Shown: in pieces, positions 55,688 to 64,000 of the stretch
Position numbering within the stretch: position 1 is the stretch's first letter
How the letters are laid out: each line of letters begins with the position of its first letter
DNA from: Planctomycetaceae bacterium
Lineage (GTDB): Bacteria > Planctomycetota > Planctomycetia > Pirellulales > UBA1268
Assembly (NCBI GenBank): GCA_011523305.1
Contig: WTHB01000177.1
Location: forward strand, 3,005-67,004
Direction: 5' to 3'
Length of the DNA: 64,000 nt
Made by a program: the position numbers and the translations under genes
Notes under the pieces: model-generated
What the model was told of the DNA's origin: nothing
Database searches by the model: none
Seen by the model: only the letters and a program-made list of their open reading frames with translations

Positions 55688-56958
55688 GCCTCACCTTTGT
55701 CGGCGGCAGTCACCGCACCGTCCCGATCGAACTCCGCGAGCGGCTCGCCTTTTCGGCGGAGCAGGCGGCCGAGGCGTTGGCCCGTTTCCGCACAGCATTT
55801 CCCGGAAGTGAAGCCGTGCTGCTGTCCACTTGCAACCGGGTCGAACTCTACGCGGCTGACGAACAGCAGCAGGGGCCACCGCCGCCTGACGAACTGGCGA
55901 TGTTTCTGGCTGAATGTCGTGGAGTCGATCCCACTAGCGTCGGTGGCGTGCTGGGCGGCGATCAGGGACCAGCCGCCGTCAAACATCTCTTCTGCGTGGC
56001 GGCTGGACTCGACAGCATGGTGCTGGGAGAACCCCAGATCGTGGCGCAGGTCAAACAGGCCTGGCAGATTGCCCAGCAGAGCGGCACTACCGGCCCGCTG
56101 ACCGGAGAACTGATCCAGGCCGCCCTGCGGGCCGCCAAGCGGGTGGCCAGTGAAACTGCCGTTGGCCGAGAACGGCTGTCCATTCCCAGCGTAGCGGTCG
56201 CCGACTTTGCCGCCGGGGTCTTTGAGCGGTTCAATGACAAGCGGGTGCTGCTGATCGGTGCCGGCAAGATGGCCGCCGAAACACTCCGCTATCTGGCTGA
56301 CGCCGGTGCCCGCGACGTGCAGGTGATCAACCGCACTGCGGGGCGGGCCGAGCAATTGGCCGAGCGGCTCGGTGGCACCGCCCGGCCCTACGCCGACCTG
56401 ACAACGGAAGTGGTCACTGCCGATCTCATCGTCAGCACCACCGGCGCGACCGAACCGGTGGTGACCCTCGAGACCTACCTGAAACTTGAGCCGAGCCGGC
56501 AGGGTCGACCGCTGGTCGTGCTCGACCTGGCGGTGCCGCGGGATTTTGATCCGCGGATCGGCCAGCGGGCTGGGGTCTGGCTCTACTCCGTTGATGATCT
56601 TGGCCAAGCCTGTGAGGCCAACCGACAGCGTCGCCAGCGGGAGATGCCGGCAGCCCTGACGATTATCGACGAAGAGACCCGGCGGTTCATGGGTGATCTG
56701 CACCACCGCTCAACCGTTCCGGTGATCGAGCAACTCCGGGCCGGCTGGAATGAGACCGGCGAGGCTGAACTCGACCGGCTGTTTCGCAAACTGCCCGACC
56801 TCGATGCGGCTGCCCGTGACGAGATTCGCCGGGCCTTCGACCGCTACGCGGCAAAGATGCTCCACCCACCACTGGCCTCGCTCCGCAGTGAAAGCCACAC
56901 GGGGCCGCCCCACGGCCTGCTCGATGCCCTGCGGCGACTGTTTGACCTCCGGGACTGA
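55684..56958 (+). CDS. hemA: Glutamyl-tRNA reductase
   Basis: ORF 55246..56958 trimmed to the ATG at 55684 (MSLTFVGGSHRTVPIELRERLAF). Motifs LSTCNRVELY, GEPQIVAQVK, LLIGAGKMAAE. Confidence 0.9.
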   Translation: MSLTFVGGSHRTVPIELRERLAFSAEQAAEALARFRTAFPGSEAVLLSTCNRVELYAADEQQQGPPPPDELAMFLAECRGVDPTSVGGVLGGDQGPAAVKHLFCVAAGLDSMVLGEPQIVAQVKQAWQIAQQSGTTGPLTGELIQAALRAAKRVASETAVGRERLSIPSVAVADFAAGVFERFNDKRVLLIGAGKMAAETLRYLADAGARDVQVINRTAGRAEQLAERLGGTARPYADLTTEVVTADLIVSTTGATEPVVTLETYLKLEPSRQGRPLVVLDLAVPRDFDPRIGQRAGVWLYSVDDLGQACEANRQRRQREMPAALTIIDEETRRFMGDLHHRSTVPVIEQLRAGWNETGEAELDRLFRKLPDLDAAARDEIRRAFDRYAAKMLHPPLASLRSESHTGPPHGLLDALRRLFDLRD

Positions 56959-57027
56959 CCCAGCCGTTGACTCCCCGGCCACAGCCCACCTAATTCCCAC
57001 GACCGCCAGCATCAAGGACCAACCAGC

Positions 57028-58329
57028 ATGAAGACGCTCCTCTCCCTCCTGCTCTGGGCAGGTCTGCTACTGACCCAGCATGCCCGCATCGAGGCTGCTG
57101 AGCGGCCCAATGTGGTGCTGATCATGGCTGATGACTTCGGATATGAGTGCCTCGGCTCCAGCGGCAGCCTTGACTACAAAACGCCGACACTCGATCAGCT
57201 GGCAGCGAGCGGCGTGCGGTTTTCACAGTTTCATGCCCAGCCCCTCTGCACTCCGACCCGGGTCAAACTGATGACCGGCCAGTCGAACCGGCGTAACTAT
57301 CATCGGTTTGGTCTGCTGCCCCGCGGTCAGACAACCTTTGCCCACCTCTTCCAGCAGGCTGGGTACCGCACCTGTATTGCCGGCAAGTGGCAACTCGGCA
57401 AAGAGCCCGATGCGGCCCAGCACTTTGGCTTTGACGAGGCGTTGCTCTGGCAACACACCCGGCCCGCTACAGTCGATGGCCATGACTCCCGCTATGCAAA
57501 CCCACGGCTGGAACGCAACGGCGTCCCGGTCGACTACGACGGCGGACAGTACTCCGCCGATTTGTTTGTCAATTTCTTTGAAGACTTCATCGATCAGGAT
57601 CGTGACGCACCCTTCTTGATCTATTACCCGATGGTGCTCAGCCACTGTCCGTTTTCACCACCTCCCGACTCGGCAGCCTGGGACCCAGCCTCACGGGGCT
57701 CAACCAGGTACAAGGGGAATCCCGCCTACTTTGCCGAGATGGTGCGGTATGTCGACACGACAATCGGCCGCATCGACGCTGCCCTTCGTGCCCGGGACCT
57801 GCGGGAGAACACCCTGCTCCTCTTTCTCGGTGACAACGGCACCGACAAGCCGATCGTCTCACGGACAACGTTTGGGAAGGTGGTCGGCGGCAAGGGCAGC
57901 CTTACCGATGCCGGCACCCGGGTTCCCTGCGTGGCCAGCTGGCCGGGCGTGCTCGCGACAGGTCATGTCGTGCACCATGCCGCTGATCTCAGCGACATCC
58001 TGCCGACGCTATGCGAAGCGGCGAATATCACACCGCCAGCTGACCTGCCACTGGACGGCACGAGCTTCCTCGCGAATCTCCGGGGTGATTCCACGCCCCA
58101 CCGCGATGCCATTTTCATCTGGTACTCCCGTAATGGCAGCAATGCCAAGGCGTTTGCCCGCACCGCCGGCTACAAACTCTATGCGGGTGGACGCTTTTAT
58201 CACGTGGCTGCTGACCCGCTGGAGCAGCAGGATCTTGCCGGCACGCACCTTCCCCCGGACGCCGCGCAGGCTCACGCCTGCCTCACCCGCACGCTCGCTC
58301 ACTACGCCGCGATTCCCCGGCCGCAGTGA
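57028..58329 (+). CDS. Sulfatase (arylsulfatase A family, formylglycine-dependent)
   Basis: Signal peptide. PNVVLIMADDFGYECLG, FGly motif LCTPTRVKLMTG, GKWQLG, LGDNGT. Confidence 0.85.
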   Translation: MKTLLSLLLWAGLLLTQHARIEAAERPNVVLIMADDFGYECLGSSGSLDYKTPTLDQLAASGVRFSQFHAQPLCTPTRVKLMTGQSNRRNYHRFGLLPRGQTTFAHLFQQAGYRTCIAGKWQLGKEPDAAQHFGFDEALLWQHTRPATVDGHDSRYANPRLERNGVPVDYDGGQYSADLFVNFFEDFIDQDRDAPFLIYYPMVLSHCPFSPPPDSAAWDPASRGSTRYKGNPAYFAEMVRYVDTTIGRIDAALRARDLRENTLLLFLGDNGTDKPIVSRTTFGKVVGGKGSLTDAGTRVPCVASWPGVLATGHVVHHAADLSDILPTLCEAANITPPADLPLDGTSFLANLRGDSTPHRDAIFIWYSRNGSNAKAFARTAGYKLYAGGRFYHVAADPLEQQDLAGTHLPPDAAQAHACLTRTLAHYAAIPRPQ

Positions 58330-58363
58330 CAAACGCTAACTGCTGCCAAACCAGCGGCCATGC

Positions 58364-59524
58364 TCAATCACGTTTCTCGTCAGCCGGTGATGTGGCCCGA
58401 GGCTGGCAGCGGCAGAGGGCGAGCAGGGCGTAGCTGGTGACGAGATTGGCATCGCCCTCCAGCCAGCGGGGGTTGGCATTCACCCACGAACCGTCCGGCT
58501 GCTGGCGGGAAAGAATTGCGGCTGCCAGTTCCTCCCGCCAACGATGGCTGGTGCCGTCAGCATCACGGACGGTTTCTTCGCCGAGGGCATCAAGGGCCTT
58601 GGCCGCGGTGTGCAGGTAGTAGTAGTGCCCCGCATCCCCCATGCCCGGATTCTCTGAAAACGTGTAGTGCCGCCTCAGCCAGTCGGTCGCCGCGACCACG
58701 CGGGGGTCATCCTTGGCAACCCCGGCATAGATCATGCTCTTGAGCCCGGCGTAAGTCATCGACCCATAGCTCCGCAGACCGCCCGCAGGTGTTTCACCAG
58801 CCTGACTCTCCCCACCGTTGGCCGGCGTGTAGAAGAAGCCGCCATCCGGGTTTTTCGTCACCATCGGCAGCGTGTTGTGCGGCCCCTCGAGGTTCTGGCT
58901 CCGCGAGACAAAGACCAACGCCCGCTGGATGGCCGGGTCATCTTCGCCGGCACCGGCTGTACGCAACGCCTCAATCAGGAAGGAGGTGTTGGAGAGATCA
59001 GGCCGCTGATGGCTGCCGTAGCCAGCGCCGCCGTAGGTGGGGCTCTCGGCGCCTGCCTCAGCACCGTCCCACTGGATCCCAGCGAGAAACCGCTGGGCTG
59101 CCGCCAGGGTGTCATCATGCCGGCCGTCTGTGTTGCTGGCCACCAGGGCCACCAGCGCAATCGCTGTCTCGTAGTTGGCGACGGTTGAGTTGGGCCGGTG
59201 AATGCCACCGTCAGGCTGACGGAAAGACAACAGATAGTCGATCCCTTTCGTGACCGCAGTATGATCAGCGGGTGTTCCCGACTCGACGAGGGCCGTCACC
59301 GCCAGGGCCGTCACTGCCGGACCAACCTGCGGCGAAAAACTGCCGTCAGGTTCCTGCCCCTGCTCGATGAGGAACTGCGATGCCCGGGCAATGGCAGCAG
59401 CCGGTGATGCCGGCGCCGCTGCCAGCCTCGGTGCCGGCCAGCTAACCAAACCAACAAGCCCCACCATGAGGGCACGGATCCAGCAACACCTTGCGCTACG
59501 GCGAACCTCAGACTGCATCCTCAT
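58364..59524 (-). CDS. Secreted prenyltransferase/squalene-oxidase-repeat (terpenoid cyclase fold) protein
   Basis: ORF trimmed to the ATG at 59522-59524 (alternative at 59518). Signal peptide. Repeated Q/DGS(W/F) motifs: QEPDGSFS, RQPDGGIH, KNPDGGFFY, QQPDGSWVN. Confidence 0.6.
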   Translation of the reverse strand: MRMQSEVRRSARCCWIRALMVGLVGLVSWPAPRLAAAPASPAAAIARASQFLIEQGQEPDGSFSPQVGPAVTALAVTALVESGTPADHTAVTKGIDYLLSFRQPDGGIHRPNSTVANYETAIALVALVASNTDGRHDDTLAAAQRFLAGIQWDGAEAGAESPTYGGAGYGSHQRPDLSNTSFLIEALRTAGAGEDDPAIQRALVFVSRSQNLEGPHNTLPMVTKNPDGGFFYTPANGGESQAGETPAGGLRSYGSMTYAGLKSMIYAGVAKDDPRVVAATDWLRRHYTFSENPGMGDAGHYYYLHTAAKALDALGEETVRDADGTSHRWREELAAAILSRQQPDGSWVNANPRWLEGDANLVTSYALLALCRCQPRATSPADEKRD

Positions 59525-59698
59525 CACCCACCTCGCCGCTGACGCTGCTTCAGACCATCGTTGCCCCAGCACCCTCGCCAATCAAAGGTCGCAGCAACGA
59601 ACCGAACGGAAGTCTTGCAGGCTGGCGGCCCACGTCAACCGGAGTTGCAGACCCATTCCGGAGGATGCCGTGGCGGTGGCGATAGATCAGCCTACCGA

Positions 59699-60316
59699 TC
59701 AGACTGGGGCTGTCGGCAACGCCCGCGGATAGGGCGGAACTTCGCGGGGAGGCAGATCGACACCGAAGTCGGTCTCCCACTCGGCCCGCTCAGCAGCATC
59801 GGCGTAGTAGGTCAGCCAGATCAGCGAGTCGAGCACCGGCTCGGGATACCACTGGCCGACACCGAGTTCCGGCAGCGCACCGACGGCACTGCAGTCCCAG
59901 TGAAAATAGTTGTCTGGCAGATCGACCCGCTTGATCGGCGTCGGGAGAATCTCCCGCCGAATCAGGTTGTAAAGATCCCGGTCGGAGAGATGATCGGTGA
60001 AGTCGAGCACGATCCGCTCGGCATAGAGCCGGTCGATCACGCTCCAGAGCCGCTCCCGCAACTGCTCCGGAGCGAGCGTGCCGGCCGGTGGCAGCCGCAG
60101 CGGGGGCTCAAACCAGCAGGACACCGGTTTGAGCGGGGCGTGCTCCCAGGCGAGCATCGACTCGAGATACCGATTCTCCACTTCGGTCGGCATGCCTGAA
60201 AAATTGATGTCGCCGTGGGTCTCGTCGTCGAGATAGGGCTCGATCGCATCCCGCAATTCGGCGTTCCGCAGCAGGCAATCAACCTCGGCGGGGCTCGGTG
60301 CTTCGGCAAAGTTCAT
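59699..60316 (-). CDS. Hypothetical protein
   Basis: ORF 59699..60514 trimmed to the ATG at 60314-60316 (MNFAEAPSPAEVDCLL). Acidic and soluble. No family recognised. Confidence 0.4.
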   Translation of the reverse strand: MNFAEAPSPAEVDCLLRNAELRDAIEPYLDDETHGDINFSGMPTEVENRYLESMLAWEHAPLKPVSCWFEPPLRLPPAGTLAPEQLRERLWSVIDRLYAERIVLDFTDHLSDRDLYNLIRREILPTPIKRVDLPDNYFHWDCSAVGALPELGVGQWYPEPVLDSLIWLTYYADAAERAEWETDFGVDLPPREVPPYPRALPTAPV

Positions 60317-60613
60317 ATCGGCAACCTTCCGCAGGAAACGGCCGTGGCCGAGCATCACCAGACGATGCCAGTCACAGCCTCTTACCGCCGACATTACCAA
60401 CGGGGTGTGGCGACGCAACGAATCGGAGGGCTTTTTTTCCGCGAAAATCGGCCGGTGTTCCGGCACGACCGCTACGACATGACAAGTCTTCGCCGGCCGT
60501 CCGCTTCCCCGCACTTACCCGACATTCCCAGGCAGCGGGGCCACTCGCAGACTGAGCACGCAGGCTGCCAACCCCTGGTTGGTCGGCTCCGGGAACACGG
60601 CCGAGCCGACGGC

Positions 60614-61075
60614 TCAGCCGGCCCGCTCGGCACAGGCGGCCGCTTCCAGTTCAGCAATCTTGCTGACACGCCGCTCATGCCGGCCACCCTCGAAGGGGGT
60701 GCTCAACCAGAGTTCCGTCATCTTCTCCTGCTGCTCCGCGCCGACCATTTCGGCAGCCAGGCAGAGGACGTTGAGGTCGTTGTGGCGTCGACTCATTTCG
60801 GCGGCCACTTCGTCATGACAGGTCGCCGCCCGAACGCCGGGCACCTTGTTGGCGGCGATGGCCATACCCACCCCGGTACAGCAGAGCAGAATGCCGCGAT
60901 CAGCCGTGCCGTGGGCTACCCGCCGGGCAACGTCAGCCGCCACATCGGGATAGTCGACCGCCTCCTCATCGTGGCTGCCACAGTCGGTGATCTCGTGCCC
61001 CTGCCGTTCCAGAAAACCGATCAGACGACGGCGGGCGGCAACTCCGCGGTGGTCGCTTCCGATCGCAATTTTCAT
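60614..61075 (-). CDS. rpiB: Ribose-5-phosphate isomerase B
   Basis: MKIAIGSDHRG, DYPD, GILLCCTGVGMAIAANK, GGRHERRV: canonical RpiB/LacAB motifs. Confidence 0.9.
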   Translation of the reverse strand: MKIAIGSDHRGVAARRRLIGFLERQGHEITDCGSHDEEAVDYPDVAADVARRVAHGTADRGILLCCTGVGMAIAANKVPGVRAATCHDEVAAEMSRRHNDLNVLCLAAEMVGAEQQEKMTELWLSTPFEGGRHERRVSKIAELEAAACAERAG

Positions 61076-61208
61076 CGTTTCACTCCGGGCTGTACCCGTC
61101 CCATAAGGTGGTCATTCAGCGGCGTCACGGTCGGTGCTCAAGCCCCGCTGGTTGGCTGCAGCCGGGCCCACTAGCGGCAAACTGCCTGCCAACGTCTGCC
61201 CGCCAGCA

Positions 61209-62345
61209 CTACCCCGACGCCAGCCCTAGTGTATCGATTCGCGACTCCAGATGCTCACGAATTTGGGCGGCACAGCGGCGATAGATCTCCTGCGAACCGC
61301 CGATCGGGTCGAGGACATCGCGGCGACCGGGCGAAAGCATCCAGACGCGGTCGGCAAAGTCGGGGAATTGGGCCAGAATTGCCGCCCGATGGGCGGCGGT
61401 CATCGTCCAGATCACATCGGCCTGCCGGATGAGCCGTTCAGTCAAGGGCTGGCTGGCATGTCCAGCCAAGTTGATGCCCTGTTGGGCCACCACCTTGACC
61501 GCCTGTTCACTGGCAGGACTGCCCCCCCAGGCCGAGAGGCCGGCGCTAGCGACCGTCACGCCCCGGTCTTCGATGGCAGCGGGCTCACAGCCGAGCCGGC
61601 GGGCGACGAGATCTCGAAAGATCACCTCCGCCATCGGGCTGCGGCAGGTGTTGCCCGTGCAGACAAACAGCACCACTAGCCGGGAGAGCCGCGCCAGGGC
61701 CGCCTCATCGAGGGCCCCGCCACGCAGCAGCCGGCAGCGGCCCGCCTCAATGGCAACCGTCGACAAGAGGCCGGCCTGCGGCAACGGCCCGGCATCGATT
61801 GCCAACGGCGGCACACCGCTGGGGCCGCAGGCAGTGAGCAGGTCCGCCAGGGTGGCTGGAGGCGCGGCCGGATCACCCGGCTCGGCCAAGACGACCGGCC
61901 CGGCAAACAGCCGCAGGCAGTCGCGGAGCAGGGCATGGTCCGGCGCGCGAAACCGCAGCTGCCCGGCGGTCAGCAGCCGTGGCTGTACCTCTACAGGCAG
62001 CTGTCGCAACAAGCCATCGGGATGGTCACCACGAATCAGCAGCGCCAGGGGACCGGGCCAGCAGCGGCGGGCCAACCGCCGGGCCATCGGCTCAAGCCCC
62101 GGGGCCCAGTCGGCCGCTTCGTCCGCACTTTTGACTGCGATGGAAAGCGGGGGCTCAGCGGCCTCAGCCGTCACCACCGCACAGGCCTGCTCAATGGCGG
62201 CAGGGGCATGGGCTGCCGCCGCCAGACAATAGTTCGACCCGGTCGGCACCCCGATCAGGTTCCCCTCGGCCAACGCCTGCACCGCCCGATGGACAACATC
62301 GCGGCTGTCATCAGCCTGCGTCAGGTCGAGGATGGTCGGTGTCAT
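61209..62345 (-). CDS. Fusion of a YrdC/Sua5/YwlC-like domain with a low-molecular-weight phosphatase (YwlE-like)
   Basis: ORF trimmed to the ATG at 62343-62345. The N-terminal half aligns by eye to YrdC (NLIGVPTGSNYCLAA, CWPGPLALLI, LRFRAPDHALL). The C-terminal half has VLFVCTGNTCRSPMAE and VLDPIGG, which is the LMW-PTP P-loop plus the general-acid Asp. Confidence 0.75.
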   Translation of the reverse strand: MTPTILDLTQADDSRDVVHRAVQALAEGNLIGVPTGSNYCLAAAAHAPAAIEQACAVVTAEAAEPPLSIAVKSADEAADWAPGLEPMARRLARRCWPGPLALLIRGDHPDGLLRQLPVEVQPRLLTAGQLRFRAPDHALLRDCLRLFAGPVVLAEPGDPAAPPATLADLLTACGPSGVPPLAIDAGPLPQAGLLSTVAIEAGRCRLLRGGALDEAALARLSRLVVLFVCTGNTCRSPMAEVIFRDLVARRLGCEPAAIEDRGVTVASAGLSAWGGSPASEQAVKVVAQQGINLAGHASQPLTERLIRQADVIWTMTAAHRAAILAQFPDFADRVWMLSPGRRDVLDPIGGSQEIYRRCAAQIREHLESRIDTLGLASG

Positions 62346-62646
62346 GGTGGTCCGCAAACAGAACAGAAAGCCGCCGCCCGACCCAGCAGCGATGGTCAGG
62401 CGGCATTCCCTGAACGCTATCGGAGGCTGCGCCGGCCAGTCAAGCGTCACAGGCTGGGTAAGTCACCCGACGCCTGTTTGGTTTCCAAAAGTGGCCGGAC
62501 AGGCCGTTTTCTTTCATGCTGCGGCCGCGATTCGCCTTGTGGGCAGAGGGACCGCTGCGGTATTTCTCCGCAACTTTTGCCGGCGGGCTTCCACCGCCCG
62601 ACCGGTCTGACAGGCGGCTTCCGTCCCCACTTGAGTTGTCCACTTC

Positions 62647-64000
62647 ATGCCGCACACCTGTGCCCTCGAATCAGTTCCGTTCGGCTCGATCCGCCCCGCC
62701 AGCCTGCCGGCATGGTGCTGGCTGCTGCTGGGCAGCGGCATCGGACTGCTCGCCTGCGGGGGGCACCCAGCCCACGCCCAGCAGCCACTGCAGCCACTGC
62801 CTGCGGTCGAGCCCGCTGAGCCTGAGGCCACCAGCCAACAGATCGTCGAGGTGCGGATCGAGGGCAACGAGACCGTCGAGATCTCGAAACTCCCGCAGCT
62901 GACCACGCGGGCGGGCCAGCTCTTTGATTCGCAATCGATTGAAGAGGATGTTCGCACGCTCCATCGGTCCGGCAAGTTCATCGATGTCTTGCCGAAGTAC
63001 GTCCGGGTGCGTCAGGGCGTGGTGGTCATCTTCGAAGTAGTCGAACGGCCGACCCTGCGGCATGTGAAGTTCGTCGGCAATCAGTGGGTCACCACCCGCA
63101 CCCTGCGGAAGAAGGCCGAGATCGAGGTGGGCGACTCCATCGATGCCTACGTCGTCGAAGAGGCGCGACGCCGGATCGAAAGTTACTACCACGAAAAGGG
63201 CTATGAGGCGGCCCGGGTGACAACGGTCGAGGGTTCACGGCCCGGCGACAAAGGGGCGGTCTTTCTCATCGACGAGGGCCGCAGTCGCAAGTCGCTCTGG
63301 ACCACGTTTGTCGGCAACACGATCGCCAGCGATGCCCGGCTGCTGACGCAGATCTCTTCAAAACCTGGGGTCTTCTGGTTCTTGGGCGGCGATGTCGATC
63401 ATGAAAAAATCGACAACGATGTTGAAACCCTGACTGCCTACTACCGGAGTCTCGGCTTCTTTCAGGCCCGCATCGGCCGCGAGGTCCAGGTGCTCAACGG
63501 CATTGGCCGCGACTGGGCCCTGCTGACCTTCGTCATCAACGAAGGCCCCCGGTACAAGGTGCGGAACGTCTCGTTCATCGGCAACAGTCGGTTCAAGGAG
63601 GAGTTCCTCGAGCGGGATCTCAAACTGCAGAGCGGTGAGTTCTTCAACCAGTCACAGATGGATGCCGACCTCGGCCTGATCCGCGACATCTATGGCGGCC
63701 GGGGCTTCGTCTTTGCTGACATCCAGGCCGATCCCCGGTTCCTGGAAGAGCCGGGCGAACTCGACCTGGTCTACAAGGTGGCCGAGGGGCAGCGGTACCG
63801 GGTCGGGCAGATCAATGTCCACATCCGCGGCGAGCATCCGCACACCCGTCACAACGTCATCCTCAACCGGCTATCGCTGCGACCAGGTGACATCCTTGAC
63901 ATTCGGAAGTTGCGGGCCGATGAACGCCGGATTGCCTCCAGCGGCCTGTTCCTCAGTGACGCCGCCAAGGGCGAGGGGCCGCGGATTGTCTTCAGCAAGC
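62647..64000 (+). CDS. bamA: Outer-membrane protein assembly factor BamA (POTRA-domain N-terminal part); 3' end outside the window
   Basis: Absent from the ORF track because no stop occurs before the window end. ATG at 62647 and the frame is open to 64000. Signal peptide WCWLLLGSGIGLLACGG. Repeated POTRA-like units (IVEVRIEGNETV..., LRHVKFVGNQWV..., WTTFVGNTIAS..., VRNVSFIGNSRF..., QINVHIRGEH...). Confidence 0.75.
   Translation, partial: MPHTCALESVPFGSIRPASLPAWCWLLLGSGIGLLACGGHPAHAQQPLQPLPAVEPAEPEATSQQIVEVRIEGNETVEISKLPQLTTRAGQLFDSQSIEEDVRTLHRSGKFIDVLPKYVRVRQGVVVIFEVVERPTLRHVKFVGNQWVTTRTLRKKAEIEVGDSIDAYVVEEARRRIESYYHEKGYEAARVTTVEGSRPGDKGAVFLIDEGRSRKSLWTTFVGNTIASDARLLTQISSKPGVFWFLGGDVDHEKIDNDVETLTAYYRSLGFFQARIGREVQVLNGIGRDWALLTFVINEGPRYKVRNVSFIGNSRFKEEFLERDLKLQSGEFFNQSQMDADLGLIRDIYGGRGFVFADIQADPRFLEEPGELDLVYKVAEGQRYRVGQINVHIRGEHPHTRHNVILNRLSLRPGDILDIRKLRADERRIASSGLFLSDAAKGEGPRIVFSK

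Noticed and set aside
55255-56706. Long antisense ORFs opposite well-supported genes. Examples: 55255..56706(-) opposite hemA, 5585..6682(+) opposite dctP, 13841..14797(+), 16271..17335(+), 19305..20492(+), 29337..30725(+), 49667..50947(+), 60215..61174(+), 43709..44587(-).
   Set aside because: High-GC genomes generate long stop-free antisense frames. Their translations are Arg/Pro/Gly/Ala-rich low-complexity strings with no recognisable motifs, while the opposite strand carries clear family signatures. There is no evidence for overprinted genes.
60317-60613. 297-nt gap downstream of rpiB with small hairpins (GAGCC-GTC-GGCTC, CCAAC-CAGGG-GTTGG) as a terminator or sRNA.
   Set aside because: The stems are only 5 bp with no U-tract, and there are no repeats or conserved-looking motifs. 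There is not enough support to call a feature.
1-64000. Scan for tRNA, rRNA, CRISPR arrays, transposases, integrases, phage genes and known defence-system genes.
   Set aside because: None recognised by eye. Intergenic regions are short, mostly under 300 nt, and lack cloverleaf-like or repeat-spacer structure. The only tandem repeats are 16-24 nt long. A tRNAscan/Infernal/IS search would be needed to exclude them formally.

Overview
GC-rich chromosomal segment whose gene content looks like Planctomycetota. Evidence: a DUF1559 prepilin-type protein, two PSCyt/DUF1549/DUF1553 + DUF1501 gene pairs, a sulfatase, a DUF1080 protein, a PmoA-like DUF6807 protein and Tat/Sec-exported oxidoreductases. 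I can support about 46 protein-coding genes, including two that run off the window edges, plus one decayed porin pseudogene. I also see a few clear hairpin terminators and several short repeat or dyad elements in intergenic DNA. By eye I found no rRNA, tRNA, CRISPR array, transposase or integrase. Housekeeping blocks: hemE / hemX-like / hemA; a sua5-like::ywlE-like fusion followed by rpiB; bamA; a photolyase; a TRAP transporter; a PhoR/PhoB-like two-component pair; an SNF2 helicase. The most interesting material is accessory and lineage-specific. (1) A four-module secreted protein: thioredoxin-like + heme-c CxxCH + PHM/DBH-type copper monooxygenase with all Cu ligands + EF-hand pair. (2) Two paralogous giant heme-protein + Tat-exported DUF1501 modules; the second is split by a spacer with phased repeats and carries a sharply AT-rich codon patch. 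(3) A DUF1559 pseudopilin-like / lipoprotein / choice-of-anchor-I operon with an internal hairpin and an upstream repeat/dyad element. (4) A secreted 24-Cys DUF326 protein next to a second Cys-cluster membrane protein. (5) A csrA - membrane protein - beta-CASP RNase - LOG operon. (6) A YrdC/Sua5-like domain that appears catalytically degenerate, fused to a YwlE-type phosphatase. All family calls come from motif recognition in the translations only. No database search was run, so each needs HMM/BLAST confirmation. Many long ORFs in the supplied track are antisense or N-terminally over-extended artefacts of high GC, and I trimmed or rejected them.
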